Assembly (NCBI GenBank): GCA_963796455.1
Contig: CAWCLO010000007.1
Location: forward strand, 229,859 to 293,858
Source: Candidatus Sulfomarinibacteraceae bacterium
GTDB taxonomy: Bacteria > Acidobacteriota > Thermoanaerobaculia > Thermoanaerobaculales > Sulfomarinibacteraceae
Direction of reading: 5' to 3'
Length of the DNA: 64,000 nt
Shown here: in pieces, positions 10,805 through 22,044 of the stretch
Position numbering within the stretch: the stretch's first letter is position 1
How the letters are laid out: every line of letters starts with the position of its first letter
Program-made: the position numbers and the translations under genes
Notes under the pieces: model-generated
Database searches by the model: none
Told to the model about the DNA's origin: nothing
Seen by the model: the letters and a program-made list of their open reading frames with translations, nothing else

Positions 10805-11707
10805 TCAAAAACCCCACGGGAGTGTCCCCGTGTAACCCGAGCGGGTGTCCACGGTATAGCCCTCGACCTTGACCTCGATGGTCCGCCATTTATCGGTCCC
10901 CACGCCTGAGGCCTCAAAGGTGAGGATGTATCGAGAGGACAGTTCTCTGACCAACTCGTCGACGATCTCCGGCATAACCTCCGCCTTTGGGATGCGCCGG
11001 TAATGGCCTCCGGAAGCCTCTGCGATCATCGTCAGGATCTCCTCGTACGAAGGCCCATCGGATTCCATGGAAGGAGGTGGCGGTTCCACACCGAGCACAT
11101 AGATCGGTGTTTCGAGACGCCGGACCACATCCATTGCCTGTTCAGGGCTCATCTGCGAGGCATTGTCGACACCATCCGTGAGGAGGATGGCGGCACGTCG
11201 GTGATGGCGAGCCTTCTCGAGCATCTCGGGCACCCGACGCGCCATATCGTAGATTGCCGTGGTGCTCCACGGTTTGAGCGTCTCGAGAACCCGCGGCAGC
11301 AGATACCAACCCATACCAAAGGGGAATTTTTCGAGCACACGGTCGTCACCAAAGGTCCACAGAGCCAACTGATCTTCGGGCCGGCGGCGCTCCAGGAATG
11401 CAGAGATCAACTGTTTGCTTCCCGACAGCTTGCGACCCGACATTGAACCAGAGGTATCGAGGATAAAGCCGAGACTGATCGGCAGATCTGTTTCAAGATT
11501 CAAATCCTGGATCCGGACCTTGAGCCCATCGACATAGAGTTCGAATTTTTGCCGGGAGATACCGGTGACCACACGACCCTTGGCGTTTCGGACCGTCACC
11601 GGAACAACCACGGCATTGATGTCGACCTGACCCTGGTATTGAGCCTCGACGCCGCTCGCGACGCCGACGACGGCGATCGCGCAAAAAAGAAGGGCCCGCC
11701 GCATCAA
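10805..11707 (-). CDS. VWA-domain protein (acidobacterial VWFA type)
   Basis: MIDAS DTSGS, TAIYD, LLTDGVDNAS; signal peptide. Confidence 0.88.
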   Translation of the reverse strand: MMRRALLFCAIAVVGVASGVEAQYQGQVDINAVVVPVTVRNAKGRVVTGISRQKFELYVDGLKVRIQDLNLETDLPISLGFILDTSGSMSGRKLSGSKQLISAFLERRRPEDQLALWTFGDDRVLEKFPFGMGWYLLPRVLETLKPWSTTAIYDMARRVPEMLEKARHHRRAAILLTDGVDNASQMSPEQAMDVVRRLETPIYVLGVEPPPPSMESDGPSYEEILTMIAEASGGHYRRIPKAEVMPEIVDELVRELSSRYILTFEASGVGTDKWRTIEVKVEGYTVDTRSGYTGTLPWGF

Positions 11708-12036
11708 TTCTCGGGTTCGCCCGACTCGAGGAGGTCGGCACGGACATCGCGCCCGGTTGCCCTGCGGATTCGGTCGCCGATGCCTTCGATCGCCGGACCG
11801 CTTTCATCGAGGTCAATCCTCAGGACGCGGTGGATGGGAACAAAGAAGGTCGTCGGAGCGATCATCGCTTCCGAAGCAGTGCGAAGCTGGCGCAACCAGT
11901 CGTCGACCGCACCGAGCTCGAGGCCGCGCAGGACCAGCCCCACGGCGTCAAGCCGGACCACGACCCCCCACATTTTTTCCTTGGGGCTGCCGCAGTGAAG
12001 AATCACCAGGGAACCGTCACCTATGCCGTCCACCAT
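11704..12036 (-). CDS. Conserved hypothetical protein
   Basis: Coupled ORF within the operon (PKEKMWG...FFVPIHRVLRIDLDE). Confidence 0.7.
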   Translation of the reverse strand: MVDGIGDGSLVILHCGSPKEKMWGVVVRLDAVGLVLRGLELGAVDDWLRQLRTASEAMIAPTTFFVPIHRVLRIDLDESGPAIEGIGDRIRRATGRDVRADLLESGEPEN

Positions 12037-12045
12037 TCGAGCCTA

Positions 12046-12462
12046 CTACACCGAGATCTCGCCACCATCCGCCGGTTGCGAGAGCTCGAGCAAAACCCCG
12101 CCGGTCGACTTGGGATGGACAAAACAGACCAGGCAGTCGTGGGCTCCACGCTGCGGTTCTTCGGACAATAGGCGATAGCCGCGCGCCGTCAACTCCGCCA
12201 TCGCAGCCCGGATATCAGGAACCCGGAGGCAAACATGATGCAACCCGGGGCCTCTCCGTTCAAGGTGGCGCGCAATCGGTGAGGAAGCATCGATCGGCTC
12301 GAGCAACTCGATACGGCTGTCGCCGACCGGGAGGAAGGCCACCCGGACGCCCTGTTCGATGACTTCCTCGGTCCCCTCGACCTCGAGGCCGAGAGCCTCG
12401 TAGATGCCAAGTCGCTCCTCGATGGAATCGACGGCGATCCCGAGATGATCCAAAACCGTCAT
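12046..12462 (-). CDS. mce: Methylmalonyl-CoA epimerase (VOC family)
   Basis: [38 protein letters not shown] overlap with the upstream gene. Confidence 0.9.
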   Translation of the reverse strand: MTVLDHLGIAVDSIEERLGIYEALGLEVEGTEEVIEQGVRVAFLPVGDSRIELLEPIDASSPIARHLERRGPGLHHVCLRVPDIRAAMAELTARGYRLLSEEPQRGAHDCLVCFVHPKSTGGVLLELSQPADGGEISV

Positions 12463-13616
12463 GGTGAGGACTCGAGGGCCTTGAGAAGCTCGCGAGCAAT
12501 GACCATCCGCTGGATCTCCGAGGTCCCCTCGCCGATCGTGCACAGCTTGGCATCCCGCCACGCCCGTTCGACCGGGTAGTCCTTGGTGTAGCCATAGCCG
12601 CCGTGAATCTGGATCGCTTCTTCGGCGACGGCGACGGCAACCTCGGAGGCGAAGACCTTGGCCATCGCTGACTCACGGGTGACTCTCAAACCAGCGTCCT
12701 TCATGGCAGCAGAACGTTGAGTCAGCAAACGCGCAGCATCGACGGAGGTCGCCATATCGGCGAGTTTTGCCTGGATCAGCTGGAAAGCGCTGATCGGCTT
12801 GCCGAACTGCTCCCTGGTGGATGCGTAACCGAGCGCCGCATCGAGAGCGCCGCGGGCAATGCCAAGAGACAAGGCGGCGATCGAGATTCGCCCACCATCG
12901 AGGACCTTCATCGCCTGGGTGAAGCCTTCCCCCTCGTTACCGAGCAGGAAACCAGCCGGAATCCGACAGTCCTCGAGCATCAGCGAGGAAGTATCCGACG
13001 CCCGCATGCCGAGCTTGTTCTCCTTCTTTCCGGCTTCAACACCCTTTCGATCAAAAGGAACAAAAAAGGCGGAGATTCCATGGTGAGCGCCCTCTTTCGA
13101 AGTCCGCGCCACCAGAACCGCCGCATCTCCGACACTGGCGTGTGTGATAAATGTCTTGGAACCGTTCAAGACCCATTCGTCTCCGTCACGGACGGCGGTG
13201 GTCCGGGTCCCTCCGGCGTCCGAGCCCGCCTGCGATTCGGTCAGTCCCCAGGCGCCGATCCACTCGCCCGAAGCCAGTTTCGGGAGGTAAGTGTTTCTGA
13301 GTTCATCCGACCCGAATAGATAAAGATGATTCGTACACAGGGAGTTGTGTGCGGCAACCGAGAGACCGATCCCACCATCGGCGGCCCCGATCTCCTCGAG
13401 AATGGCCGCATACTCCACGTAGCCCAGTCCGGCACCGCCGAATTCCTCCGGAATCACGACTCCGAGAAGGCCGAGCTCGCCGAGCTGGCTGAAGAGCTGG
13501 CGCGGAAAATGTTGGTTTTCGTCCCATTCGAGGGCGTGGGGAGCGATCTCTTTTTGCGCGAAATCGCGCACCATGTCCCGAATCGCGATCTGGTCATCTG
13601 ACAGCTGAAAATCCAC
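12459..13616 (-). CDS. Acyl-CoA dehydrogenase
   Basis: [44 protein letters not shown]. Confidence 0.95.
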   Translation of the reverse strand: MDFQLSDDQIAIRDMVRDFAQKEIAPHALEWDENQHFPRQLFSQLGELGLLGVVIPEEFGGAGLGYVEYAAILEEIGAADGGIGLSVAAHNSLCTNHLYLFGSDELRNTYLPKLASGEWIGAWGLTESQAGSDAGGTRTTAVRDGDEWVLNGSKTFITHASVGDAAVLVARTSKEGAHHGISAFFVPFDRKGVEAGKKENKLGMRASDTSSLMLEDCRIPAGFLLGNEGEGFTQAMKVLDGGRISIAALSLGIARGALDAALGYASTREQFGKPISAFQLIQAKLADMATSVDAARLLTQRSAAMKDAGLRVTRESAMAKVFASEVAVAVAEEAIQIHGGYGYTKDYPVERAWRDAKLCTIGEGTSEIQRMVIARELLKALESSP

Positions 13617-13664
13617 TCATCCACCCCCTTGTCGATCAACACACCCAATCAGTCGAGCACCGAT

Positions 13665-15866
13665 TCACCTGCCGACTGCGCTTCCAGGCCAGCGCACAAC
13701 CTGAATGCCCGAATAATAGTGTTTGAGAATCCTCTCGAAATCCATCCCGACGCGCGCGAGACCGTAGGCACCGTGCTGGCACAAACCCACACCGTGCCCC
13801 CATCCGCGGCCCAGAAAATGAACCCGGCGTTCGCCGTCGGCCCCGGTTCTCAGGTGCATCGCGAAGAAAGTCTCCGGAAGTTCGAGCGCTTGTCGGACCT
13901 CGAAACCCGACCATTCGCGGGTTGTTCCATCCCGGGCGACCGCAGCCAACCCGATGACTCTTCCGGATGGTGAGCGCCGGGTCACGGTCAGTCGTTCGAG
14001 GGCCGTCATTCCAAGCACCTCTTCGATCTCCGACCAGCTCTTGTCGCGAACCCACTCGCGCCACGCCGATCGCCGGTCGGCTTCGCCGCCACCCTCGGAT
14101 CGAACGATGGCCAAGGCCGACACTCGTTCTCCCAGCCGAATTCGCTCGAGAACGGTTCCTGGAGACACCTCGGCGCTTCGCACACTCCGATACGCTCCAG
14201 CCCACCTTTCCCACAACGGAAGCATAGACGGCAGCGGCATCGAGTGTTTGGCGCGCCTGGGGAATATCCCAACACCGTCCGGTCGAGGCACCGCCTCACC
14301 CGTGTCGCGCACTACATCGCCGCGCAGTTCGAGAACCGTGAGCGCCGCCGCGGCCGCCCAATCCGAGCTCAGACCGGCAGACGGCGGGTCGAGGGGCGCG
14401 AGAAAAAGATCGGCCAGAAAGAGCAGTCTTTCGAGACCATTCGAAGACGGGGCGATACCGGACGGAGGATCGATGCCGGCAGCCTTCAGGAGCGCAGCAG
14501 AAAAGGTTTCGCCGTCGAGCGAGGTCGGCGTCCCAATGCTTGCTCCGAAACGAGACTGGAGTCGGGCCAGAATCTCTCCGGGACCGGAATTCGGTGCGAG
14601 AGCGAGAATCTGGAACGCAACCGCAGCCGAATAAGCCGTTTGATCGATCCAACCCGTTTCCGCCGACGCGCCGGCCATTTTCATCGGCCGATCCCAAGCG
14701 CACGACACGCCCCTCAAGTAGGGTCGGACGCGGCCCGGAAAGAGCACCTCCACATCCTCCGTATGCCCGCCACAGGTCGAGGTGTACATGGCATCGATGG
14801 GCTCACCTTCATAAACCGCCACCAGACCGGCACTCTCGCGGATGGCGCGGTTTGAAAGGGAGTGTTCGACATCAAAACCTTTATAGACCTGGCAGGTCGG
14901 GGTATCGCAGAGATCCCAGCCTTCATCGGCGTGATCGCCGAGATGGGCCACTGCGTAGGTTCTCGCGGCAACCGTCTGAGCCTTGAGGGCATTGAGTTCA
15001 GGAAACTGCGACGGGCCCATCTCGGCCGGAACCACACCCTTCAGATAGCTTTCGAGATTGAGTTCGTTGATGACCAATGCCTCGCCACCCATCGCCCGGG
15101 CCAGCAATCGTCCGCGGTATCGACGGGAACCGACGGCAACCGGCCAATCGCCCGCAGGGTCCATCAGGATCTCACCGGCGCTGGTCACCGCTGCGCCGTT
15201 TGCGCCGGCGATCCGCACTTCGCCACTGCGTGGGATCGGTCGGACGGCGTCGAAGCCGAGGGCCTCGAGCTCTCGTTCGGGATCAGAGGGCTCGCTGCCG
15301 AGCCATCCCACCAGAAGCCTGGTCAGACCATCCCGAATGGTCTCCTCTCGGATCTCGACAGACGATCCGAATTTTCGCTGCAGCCGCTGCCGCGCGGCGG
15401 CGACATTTGCCGGATCGCCCCACGCACCGAGTTGCCACCAGCGCGAACCGGCGGTATCCACCGTCACAGTGATCGGTCCCCATAACCAGGCGGCACGACC
15501 ATCAAAACTGAGGCGATACGCCCTTCCGGGTTGAGGCAGGCGAATCTGGGAGGATGAACGCTGGAGCAGGACGCGAATCAATGGCGGCTCAACGTCCTGA
15601 ATCCGCAGAATAGCCGGCGGCGGTACCGTTGGCACCGCGGTCGGCACGGGGGTCGCAGTCGGCACCGGCGTCGGCGTCCCCACGACTTCAGCCGTCGGGG
15701 CCGGAGTGGCGCTCGGTGGCCGCTGAATCGTCTGTGGCGCGCTGGCACAGCCCGCGGCCACCGCCAGGATACCGACGAGCACCACCCTCACAAGCGAATT
15801 CCCCCTTCGCGAGACGCGAGCCGCTGGGCGCGGTAGTCGAGTCCCCGGAGTTCGAGGCGCCGGCAC
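13665..15866 (-). CDS. SpoIID/LytB-domain lipoprotein (peptidoglycan hydrolase)
   Basis: Lipobox AAGC, YLKGVVPAEM, ALKAQTVAARTYA, CQVY, GWGHGVGLCQHGA. Confidence 0.9.
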   Translation of the reverse strand: MPAPRTPGTRLPRPAARVSRRGNSLVRVVLVGILAVAAGCASAPQTIQRPPSATPAPTAEVVGTPTPVPTATPVPTAVPTVPPPAILRIQDVEPPLIRVLLQRSSSQIRLPQPGRAYRLSFDGRAAWLWGPITVTVDTAGSRWWQLGAWGDPANVAAARQRLQRKFGSSVEIREETIRDGLTRLLVGWLGSEPSDPERELEALGFDAVRPIPRSGEVRIAGANGAAVTSAGEILMDPAGDWPVAVGSRRYRGRLLARAMGGEALVINELNLESYLKGVVPAEMGPSQFPELNALKAQTVAARTYAVAHLGDHADEGWDLCDTPTCQVYKGFDVEHSLSNRAIRESAGLVAVYEGEPIDAMYTSTCGGHTEDVEVLFPGRVRPYLRGVSCAWDRPMKMAGASAETGWIDQTAYSAAVAFQILALAPNSGPGEILARLQSRFGASIGTPTSLDGETFSAALLKAAGIDPPSGIAPSSNGLERLLFLADLFLAPLDPPSAGLSSDWAAAAALTVLELRGDVVRDTGEAVPRPDGVGIFPRRAKHSMPLPSMLPLWERWAGAYRSVRSAEVSPGTVLERIRLGERVSALAIVRSEGGGEADRRSAWREWVRDKSWSEIEEVLGMTALERLTVTRRSPSGRVIGLAAVARDGTTREWSGFEVRQALELPETFFAMHLRTGADGERRVHFLGRGWGHGVGLCQHGAYGLARVGMDFERILKHYYSGIQVVRWPGSAVGR

Positions 15867-16555
15867 ATTTCATAGAGCCTCGATCGGATCCTCTGCGATA
15901 CCCGGTCGGTCAACGACTCCTCGGCCGAAGCTTTGGGAAAATCCGAAAAATTGGTCGTGTAGATCGTCAGTTTGCCCTCGAGATAGCGCGTGTTGACCAG
16001 ATAGTAGAGAAGATCCATGACCCACGGCGTCGACTTTCCCGCTCCGAGTTCGTCGAGCACGAGGAGATCCGCGTCGATCAGTGGTCGCAGGATCTTGCGG
16101 CTCGACCCCGAGCCGTCAAAGGTCATCTGGATCTCGAGGATCAATGAGGTGAAATCGGCAAATCGTCCCCGGATCGCCGGGGTCTTTTCGCGCATTATCT
16201 GTTGCATCGCCGCCACCGCGAGGTGGGTCTTGCCCGTACCGACCGGCCCCATGAGGAGGAGGCCCTTGTCGGTGGCTGGAAAGAGATCGACGAATTCCTG
16301 AACCGAACGAACCGCCTTTGCGAGGGTCGGATCATCCGGGTTCCAAAGTTCGAAGTCCGCAAGCGTGCAATGTTGGTAGCGGGCTGGAATCTCGGCCTGT
16401 TGGAGATAACGTTCCCGCAATGCCCCGGCGGCGCACCCGCATCTCTTGACCAACTCGACGCCGTTTTCCTCCACCAGAATCCACCCGGTGCCGCCGCACT
16501 TCGAACAGGTCTCGGTCGTCTCAGCGCTCTCGGAGGTTTTTCCAGTTTCGGCCAT
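15788..16555 (-). CDS. DnaC/IstB-like ATP-binding protein
   Basis: CxxC...CxC zinc region, GPVGTGKTHLA, LLVLDELG, TTN, RIRSRLYEMC; start ATG 16555. Confidence 0.85.
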   Translation of the reverse strand: MAETGKTSESAETTETCSKCGGTGWILVEENGVELVKRCGCAAGALRERYLQQAEIPARYQHCTLADFELWNPDDPTLAKAVRSVQEFVDLFPATDKGLLLMGPVGTGKTHLAVAAMQQIMREKTPAIRGRFADFTSLILEIQMTFDGSGSSRKILRPLIDADLLVLDELGAGKSTPWVMDLLYYLVNTRYLEGKLTIYTTNFSDFPKASAEESLTDRVSQRIRSRLYEMCRRLELRGLDYRAQRLASREGGIRL

Positions 16556-16754
16556 CGGCACAGTATAGCCGCACCCTGTGTCCATCTCTTGGTTCGATTC
16601 GCTATCGCTATCGGGATCGCTATCGCTATCGATGGGCCTCTTTGGATCCAGCCTTTCGTTTTTCGACGGTTGATGCCAGATGCATCTCTTGGGGCAGTCA
16701 GTTCTCAATCTTTAACGCAGAGACGCCAAGGCGCAGAGTCGCAGAGACATCGCA

Positions 16755-17570
<816 letters not shown>

Positions 17571-17655
17571 TCCAGCATCCGGGATCCAGCATCCTGCATG
17601 CCTCGCCCTGCATCGAGTATCGTGTAATTGACAAACAACCGACCCGAGGTGATGT

Positions 17656-18258
17656 ATGGAAGCCGTCAAGGATGAATTGCTGGAATTCTGGTTCGGAAAT
17701 GACCCCGACGACGCGGTGGTGGCCGAGCAAAAGGCTGGACTTTGGTGGGGCCACCAACCCGGTACCGATGAGGAGATTCAGCGTCGTTTCGGCACCGCCG
17801 CCGCGGCTGCCGCGGTCGATTATCTCGATCACTGGAGTGGTTCGCCACGCGGCAGACTTGCCTTGATTCTGCTTCTCGACCAGGTCCCGCGCTCGATCCA
17901 CCGCGGAATGCCGGAAGCTTTCGCCACCGATTTCAAGGCTCGGGAGGTTGCCGTGCAGGGCCTCCAGAGCGGCGCCGACAAGTTGTTGCGGCCGATCGAA
18001 CGACTCTTCTTCTATCTGCCGTTTGAACACTCGGAAGAACTGGCCGACCAGGAACGAAGTATGGAGCTTTTTCGCCAGCTTGCCACCGAGGTTCCGGAGC
18101 AACATCGGGTCACCTTTGCCGCCTTTGTCGATTATGCGGTGAGGCACCACGCTGTCATCGCTCGTTTTGACCGCTTCCCCCACCGCAATATGGTTCTCGG
18201 CCGCGAGTCGACGCCCGAAGAGTTGGAATTTTTGGAGCAACCGGGGTCGTCGTTCTGA
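17656..18258 (+). CDS. DUF924 family protein
   Basis: LEFWF, LALILLLDQVPR, FFYLPFEHSE, FPHRN..LGR.STPEE. Confidence 0.9.
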   Translation: MEAVKDELLEFWFGNDPDDAVVAEQKAGLWWGHQPGTDEEIQRRFGTAAAAAAVDYLDHWSGSPRGRLALILLLDQVPRSIHRGMPEAFATDFKAREVAVQGLQSGADKLLRPIERLFFYLPFEHSEELADQERSMELFRQLATEVPEQHRVTFAAFVDYAVRHHAVIARFDRFPHRNMVLGRESTPEELEFLEQPGSSF

Positions 18259-18335
18259 GAAAGGGAGAAGGGCAGGACCGCACGGTTGCTCGATACTCGA
18301 TACTCGATACTCGATACTCGATGCTGGATGCTGGA

Positions 18336-19122
18336 TCACTCTTGTCCAAGACAGGGTCTCAGACAGCGACCAGGGACGGGGAACGGCGGACAGCGTCAGG
18401 AAACAGTAGTCAGCTGTCAGCGGCAGCGGCAGAAACCAGCGCCAGCGACAGTGGTCAGCGGCAGCGAATAGCACTTACATTTTCAAGTTCTAAAGCCGCC
18501 ACGTCATGGCACGGACCTGATCGAAGGCGTTCATCGCTTCACTGGCTCCGTTGGGGCTGATCGCCCCCGCATGGGCGAGGAGCTGCAAGTGGCTGTCGAC
18601 CTCTTTCGCCGAGGCGTAGGCGATTCTCCAATGGTTCAACCGGTCTCTACCGAAACAGCCGTGGCCTTCAGCCAGGTTCGCAGGGACTGAACTCGACGAT
18701 CGGATCACCTGATCGGCTATGGACTTCAGCGGAGCTGGAACCCTCATCACAAGCTTGATCGCTATTCCTGCTGCTTCGAGGGCTTTCGAGTGGGCAACGA
18801 GGTTGGTGTTCGTGGCGGCTTTGGACATGGTCACCTCCGGGTCGTTCATGCCCATTCCCACAAGCCGGTGTGGTGGCCGATGTCAAGGATGCCCTGCACC
18901 CTGCCTGTCCTTGACATCGGCCGCCCACCGGCTACCCCTTCTGTTGAACGACCCGGAGGTGGCCACGTCGTCGCCTGTACTCCTGACCGCTGCCGCTGGA
19001 CACTGATTGCTGATCTCTGTCGCTGACGCCGCCTCCTGTCGCTGTCCCTGCACCCTGGACACTGTCGCTGACGCTGGGCACTGTCGCTGCCGCTGCAATT
19101 CGGGATCGGGATCGGGATCGGG
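18336..19122 (-). mobile_element. TIR element copy E3 (four-helix-bundle cargo; left part lost at the CCCGAT array)
   Basis: TGCTGGA|TCACTCTTGTCCAAGACAG end, ORF, identical hairpin leader, conserved core. Confidence 0.85.
18490..18828 (-). CDS. Four-helix-bundle protein copy B (TAG five codons before the ancestral TAA at 18475)
   Basis: Near-identical to copy A. Confidence 0.85.
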   Translation of the reverse strand: MSKAATNTNLVAHSKALEAAGIAIKLVMRVPAPLKSIADQVIRSSSSVPANLAEGHGCFGRDRLNHWRIAYASAKEVDSHLQLLAHAGAISPNGASEAMNAFDQVRAMTWRL

Positions 19123-19193
19123 AAAACAGTGCGGTCAGCTCTATTCGCGATAATGAGCGCCGAATTTCTCATTCCTAGTTCATAATTCTGAAG

Positions 19194-20414
19194 ATGCGAG
19201 TCCTTCACGTCCTCTCCCAGCGGCCGTCCCTGACCGGCAGCGGCATCACCCTCGATGCGCTCGTCCGGCATGCCGCCGCGAAAGGCTGGGATCAACGGGT
19301 CGTGGTAGGCACACCGGCCGGTGATCCAAGGCCGCCAGTCGGCGGACTTGAGGGTCCCTTCATCGATCCTCTTGTGTTCGGTTCGCCGCCACTGGATTTC
19401 GAGCTACCCGGGATGAGCGATGTCATGCCCTATCCGAGCTCCCGGTTTTCAGAACTCCGGCCGACCCAGATCGACGCTTACCGAGAAGCGTGGACCAAAC
19501 ATCTCGAGCATGTGGTCGAAGACTTCGAGCCCGACATCATCCACAGCCATCACATCTGGCTGATGTCCGCTCTGGTCAAGGACGTCGCCACCGGTATCCC
19601 GGTCCTCACCCACTGCCACGCCACCGGTTTACGGCAAATGGAGCTTTGTCCTCATCTAGCCGACGATGTGCGCCGGGGGTGTTCGCGCAACGAGGCTTTC
19701 GCCGTTCTCCACCGCGGCCACGCGTCGGAACTCGAGACCCGACTCGGAATTCCCGGCCATAAAATTCATCGGGTTGGTGCCGGCTATCGCGACGATCTCT
19801 TTCACACCCACGATCGAGCACAGGAAGAGAATCCGGCGCTCCTGTTTATCGGGAAATTCAGCCGGTCAAAGGGCCTTCCCGAACTCCTGGACGCCTTCGA
19901 TCGAGTTCGGACGCACCGACCGGAGCTTCGGCTCCACGTCGCCGGAGGGGGCTCCGGCAACGAAGCGGACGAGTTGCGAGCGAGAATGGAGCGGATGGCT
20001 CCATCGGTTGAAATGCACGGCCGGTTGCCGCAATCGGCAGTCGCGGATCTGGCCCGGCGAGCAACGGTGTGCGTCCTCCCATCCTTTTACGAAGGACTTC
20101 CTCTCGTTCTGGTTGAGGCGCTGGCCTGCGGATGTCATCTCGTGGCGACCAATTTGCAGGGCATCCGCGAGGAGCTGGCGCCCCGGCTCGGCGATGCCCT
20201 GACTCTGGTTCCGTCGCCACGAATGATTTCTATCGACCGACCCGACCCCGGCTCCCTGCCGGTCTTTGTCGATGATCTCGCGACTGCAATCGATCAAAGC
20301 CTCGACAAGGCACCGATCGGCGACCCGAAAGCCTCTCTTCCAGAAGCCCTCGAGACCTTCTCCTGGACCGCTGTTTTCGAGCGGGTGGAACGGATCTGGC
20401 AGGGCCTTCTCTGA
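19194..20414 (+). CDS. Glycosyltransferase family 4
   Basis: HSHHIW, FIGKFSRSKG, LPSFYEGLPLVLVEALACG. Confidence 0.9.
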   Translation: MRVLHVLSQRPSLTGSGITLDALVRHAAAKGWDQRVVVGTPAGDPRPPVGGLEGPFIDPLVFGSPPLDFELPGMSDVMPYPSSRFSELRPTQIDAYREAWTKHLEHVVEDFEPDIIHSHHIWLMSALVKDVATGIPVLTHCHATGLRQMELCPHLADDVRRGCSRNEAFAVLHRGHASELETRLGIPGHKIHRVGAGYRDDLFHTHDRAQEENPALLFIGKFSRSKGLPELLDAFDRVRTHRPELRLHVAGGGSGNEADELRARMERMAPSVEMHGRLPQSAVADLARRATVCVLPSFYEGLPLVLVEALACGCHLVATNLQGIREELAPRLGDALTLVPSPRMISIDRPDPGSLPVFVDDLATAIDQSLDKAPIGDPKASLPEALETFSWTAVFERVERIWQGLL

Positions 20415-20416
20415 TC

Positions 20417-20764
20417 TCAGACCAGTTCGAGCACCCGTTCCGTGGGCCGCCCGAGGACCGCCCGTTTCCCCGTAATGGCGATCGGCCGCTCGATCAGCCG
20501 TGGGTGCTCCACCATCGCCCGAATCAGTTCGTCGCGATCGAGCGTGGTGTCGGCGAGACCGAGTTCCGTGTATTCCTTCTCGCGCTTGCGCATGAGTTCG
20601 CGAGGTTCCATTCCGAGCATTTTCAAGACGCCCTCGAGTTCCCCAGCCGTCGGGGGTTGCTTGAGATACTCGACGATTTCGAAGTCGATTCCTTTGTCAC
20701 GAAGCAGGCTGACCGCCTGCCTGGATTTGCTTCAACGGGGGTTGTGCCAGATGACCAGTGGCAT
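20417..20764 (-). CDS. arsC: Glutaredoxin-type arsenate reductase (ArsC family), probable selenoprotein, 115 aa
   Basis: RBS AAGGAGGA; MPLVIWHNPR-TGA(20732-20734)-SKSRQA...EYLKQPPT...HPRLIERPI...LGRP, continuous in frame. Confidence 0.85.
20702..20722 (-). promoter_or_regulatory. Candidate bacterial SECIS hairpin
   Basis: AGGCAGGC-GGUCA-GCCUGCUU; the loop starts with G 17 nt after the UGA. Confidence 0.7.
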
Positions 20765-20837
20765 GGATATTCCTCCTTGGCAGCGATCATAGCCCGGACG
20801 GATGCTGGATGCTCGATGCTGGATACTTGACGCTGGA

Positions 20838-21701
20838 TCACTGCTGTCCAAAACAGATCGTCACCTGAAGTTACCCACCTGACAACACGTGGTTTACGGG
20901 TTGGTTTTTGGCATATCCGGTTCGCGGTTGGCACGTACCCGTTCCCGATCCCGAATTGCAGCGGCAGCGACAGTGTCCAGCGTCAGCGACAGACAACAGC
21001 GAACAGGGACAGCGGTCAGTGTTCAGCGCCAGAGAGCAGCGGCAGCGGTCAGGAGTACAGGCGACGAAGTGGCCACCATCGGGTCGTTCAACAGAAGAGG
21101 TAGCCGGTGGGCGGCCGATGTCAAGGACAGGCAGGGTGCAGGGCATCCTTGACATCGGCCACCACACCGGCTTGTGGGTATGGGCATGAACGACCCGGAG
21201 GTGACCATGTCCTCAGCCGCCACGAACACCAAACTCGTTGCCCACTCGAAAGCACTCGAAGCCGCAGGAATCGCGATCAAGCTCGTGATGAGGGTTCCAG
21301 CTCCTCTGAAGTCGATAGCCGATCAGGTGATCCGGTCGGCAAGTTCGGTCCCTGCGAACCTGGCAGAAGGGCACGGCCGGTTTGGTAGAGACCGGTCGAA
21401 CCACTGGAGGATCGCCTACGCCTCGGCCAAAGAGGTCGACAGCCACTTGCAGCTTCTCGCTCACGCCGGGGCGATCAGCCCGAACAGAGCCAGTGAAGCG
21501 ATGAAGGCCTTTGATCAGGTGCGTGCAATGACTTGGAGATTGCTCAACCCGAAGTCTTGATTTCAGGGCCCCATGCCAGTCAAACGTGACGCTGACTCCT
21601 GTTCGCTGACGCTGAACACTGATTGCTGTTCCCTGTCCCTGACGCTGATCGCTGTCGCCGTCCCTGAACGCCAGCCGAGACTCTGTCTTGGACAAGAGTG
21701 A
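20838..21701 (+). mobile_element. TIR element copy E4, complete, four-helix-bundle cargo, 7-bp flanking duplication CGCTGGA
   Basis: CGCTGGA|TCACTGCTGTCCAAAACAG ... CTGTCTTGGACAAGAGTGA|CGCTGGA. Confidence 0.9.
21207..21560 (+). CDS. Four-helix-bundle protein copy C, 117 aa
   Basis: About 10 aa differences from copy A; most nucleotide differences are synonymous. Confidence 0.88.
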   Translation: MSSAATNTKLVAHSKALEAAGIAIKLVMRVPAPLKSIADQVIRSASSVPANLAEGHGRFGRDRSNHWRIAYASAKEVDSHLQLLAHAGAISPNRASEAMKAFDQVRAMTWRLLNPKS

Positions 21702-21750
21702 CGCTGGATGCTGGAACCTCCGCGGCGTAGCCGGAGGGAAAAGCCTGAGA

Positions 21751-21960
21751 AACCGCAGATCACGCAGATCAACGCAGATTGACCCTCGCAATGGCCGTCG
21801 TGGCAAACACCATTGCCCACAGAACACACAGAAAAGCATGGAATAAGGCGCAAAGAACGCAAAGATGCCATGAACCTGAAGAAAAGAACCTCGACCGTCG
21901 CAAAAGTAAAACTTAGCGTCGCCTTTGCGCTTTTTGCGTTCTTAGCGTTTTTAGCGTTGC
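21751..21960. repeat. Cluster of short tandem and inverted repeats (CGCAGAT, CACAGAA, CGCAAAG / CTTTGCG)
   Basis: AACCGCAGATCACGCAGATCAACGCAGAT; CGCAAAGAACGCAAAG inverted against CTTTGCGCTTTTTGCGTTCTTAGCG. Confidence 0.75.
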
Positions 21961-22044
21961 AAAACGGCGCCTTTACAGCAACCGCCATTCCTCAGGTGCC
22001 GCCGGCCCGGACGCGGCTCAGACCGGCGGATCCAGTATCCAGAA

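Noticed and set aside
15788..16555. IS21 IstB helper mobilising the nearby elements
   Set aside because: No IstA or IS21 ends; the gene overlaps the SpoIID gene in a housekeeping operon
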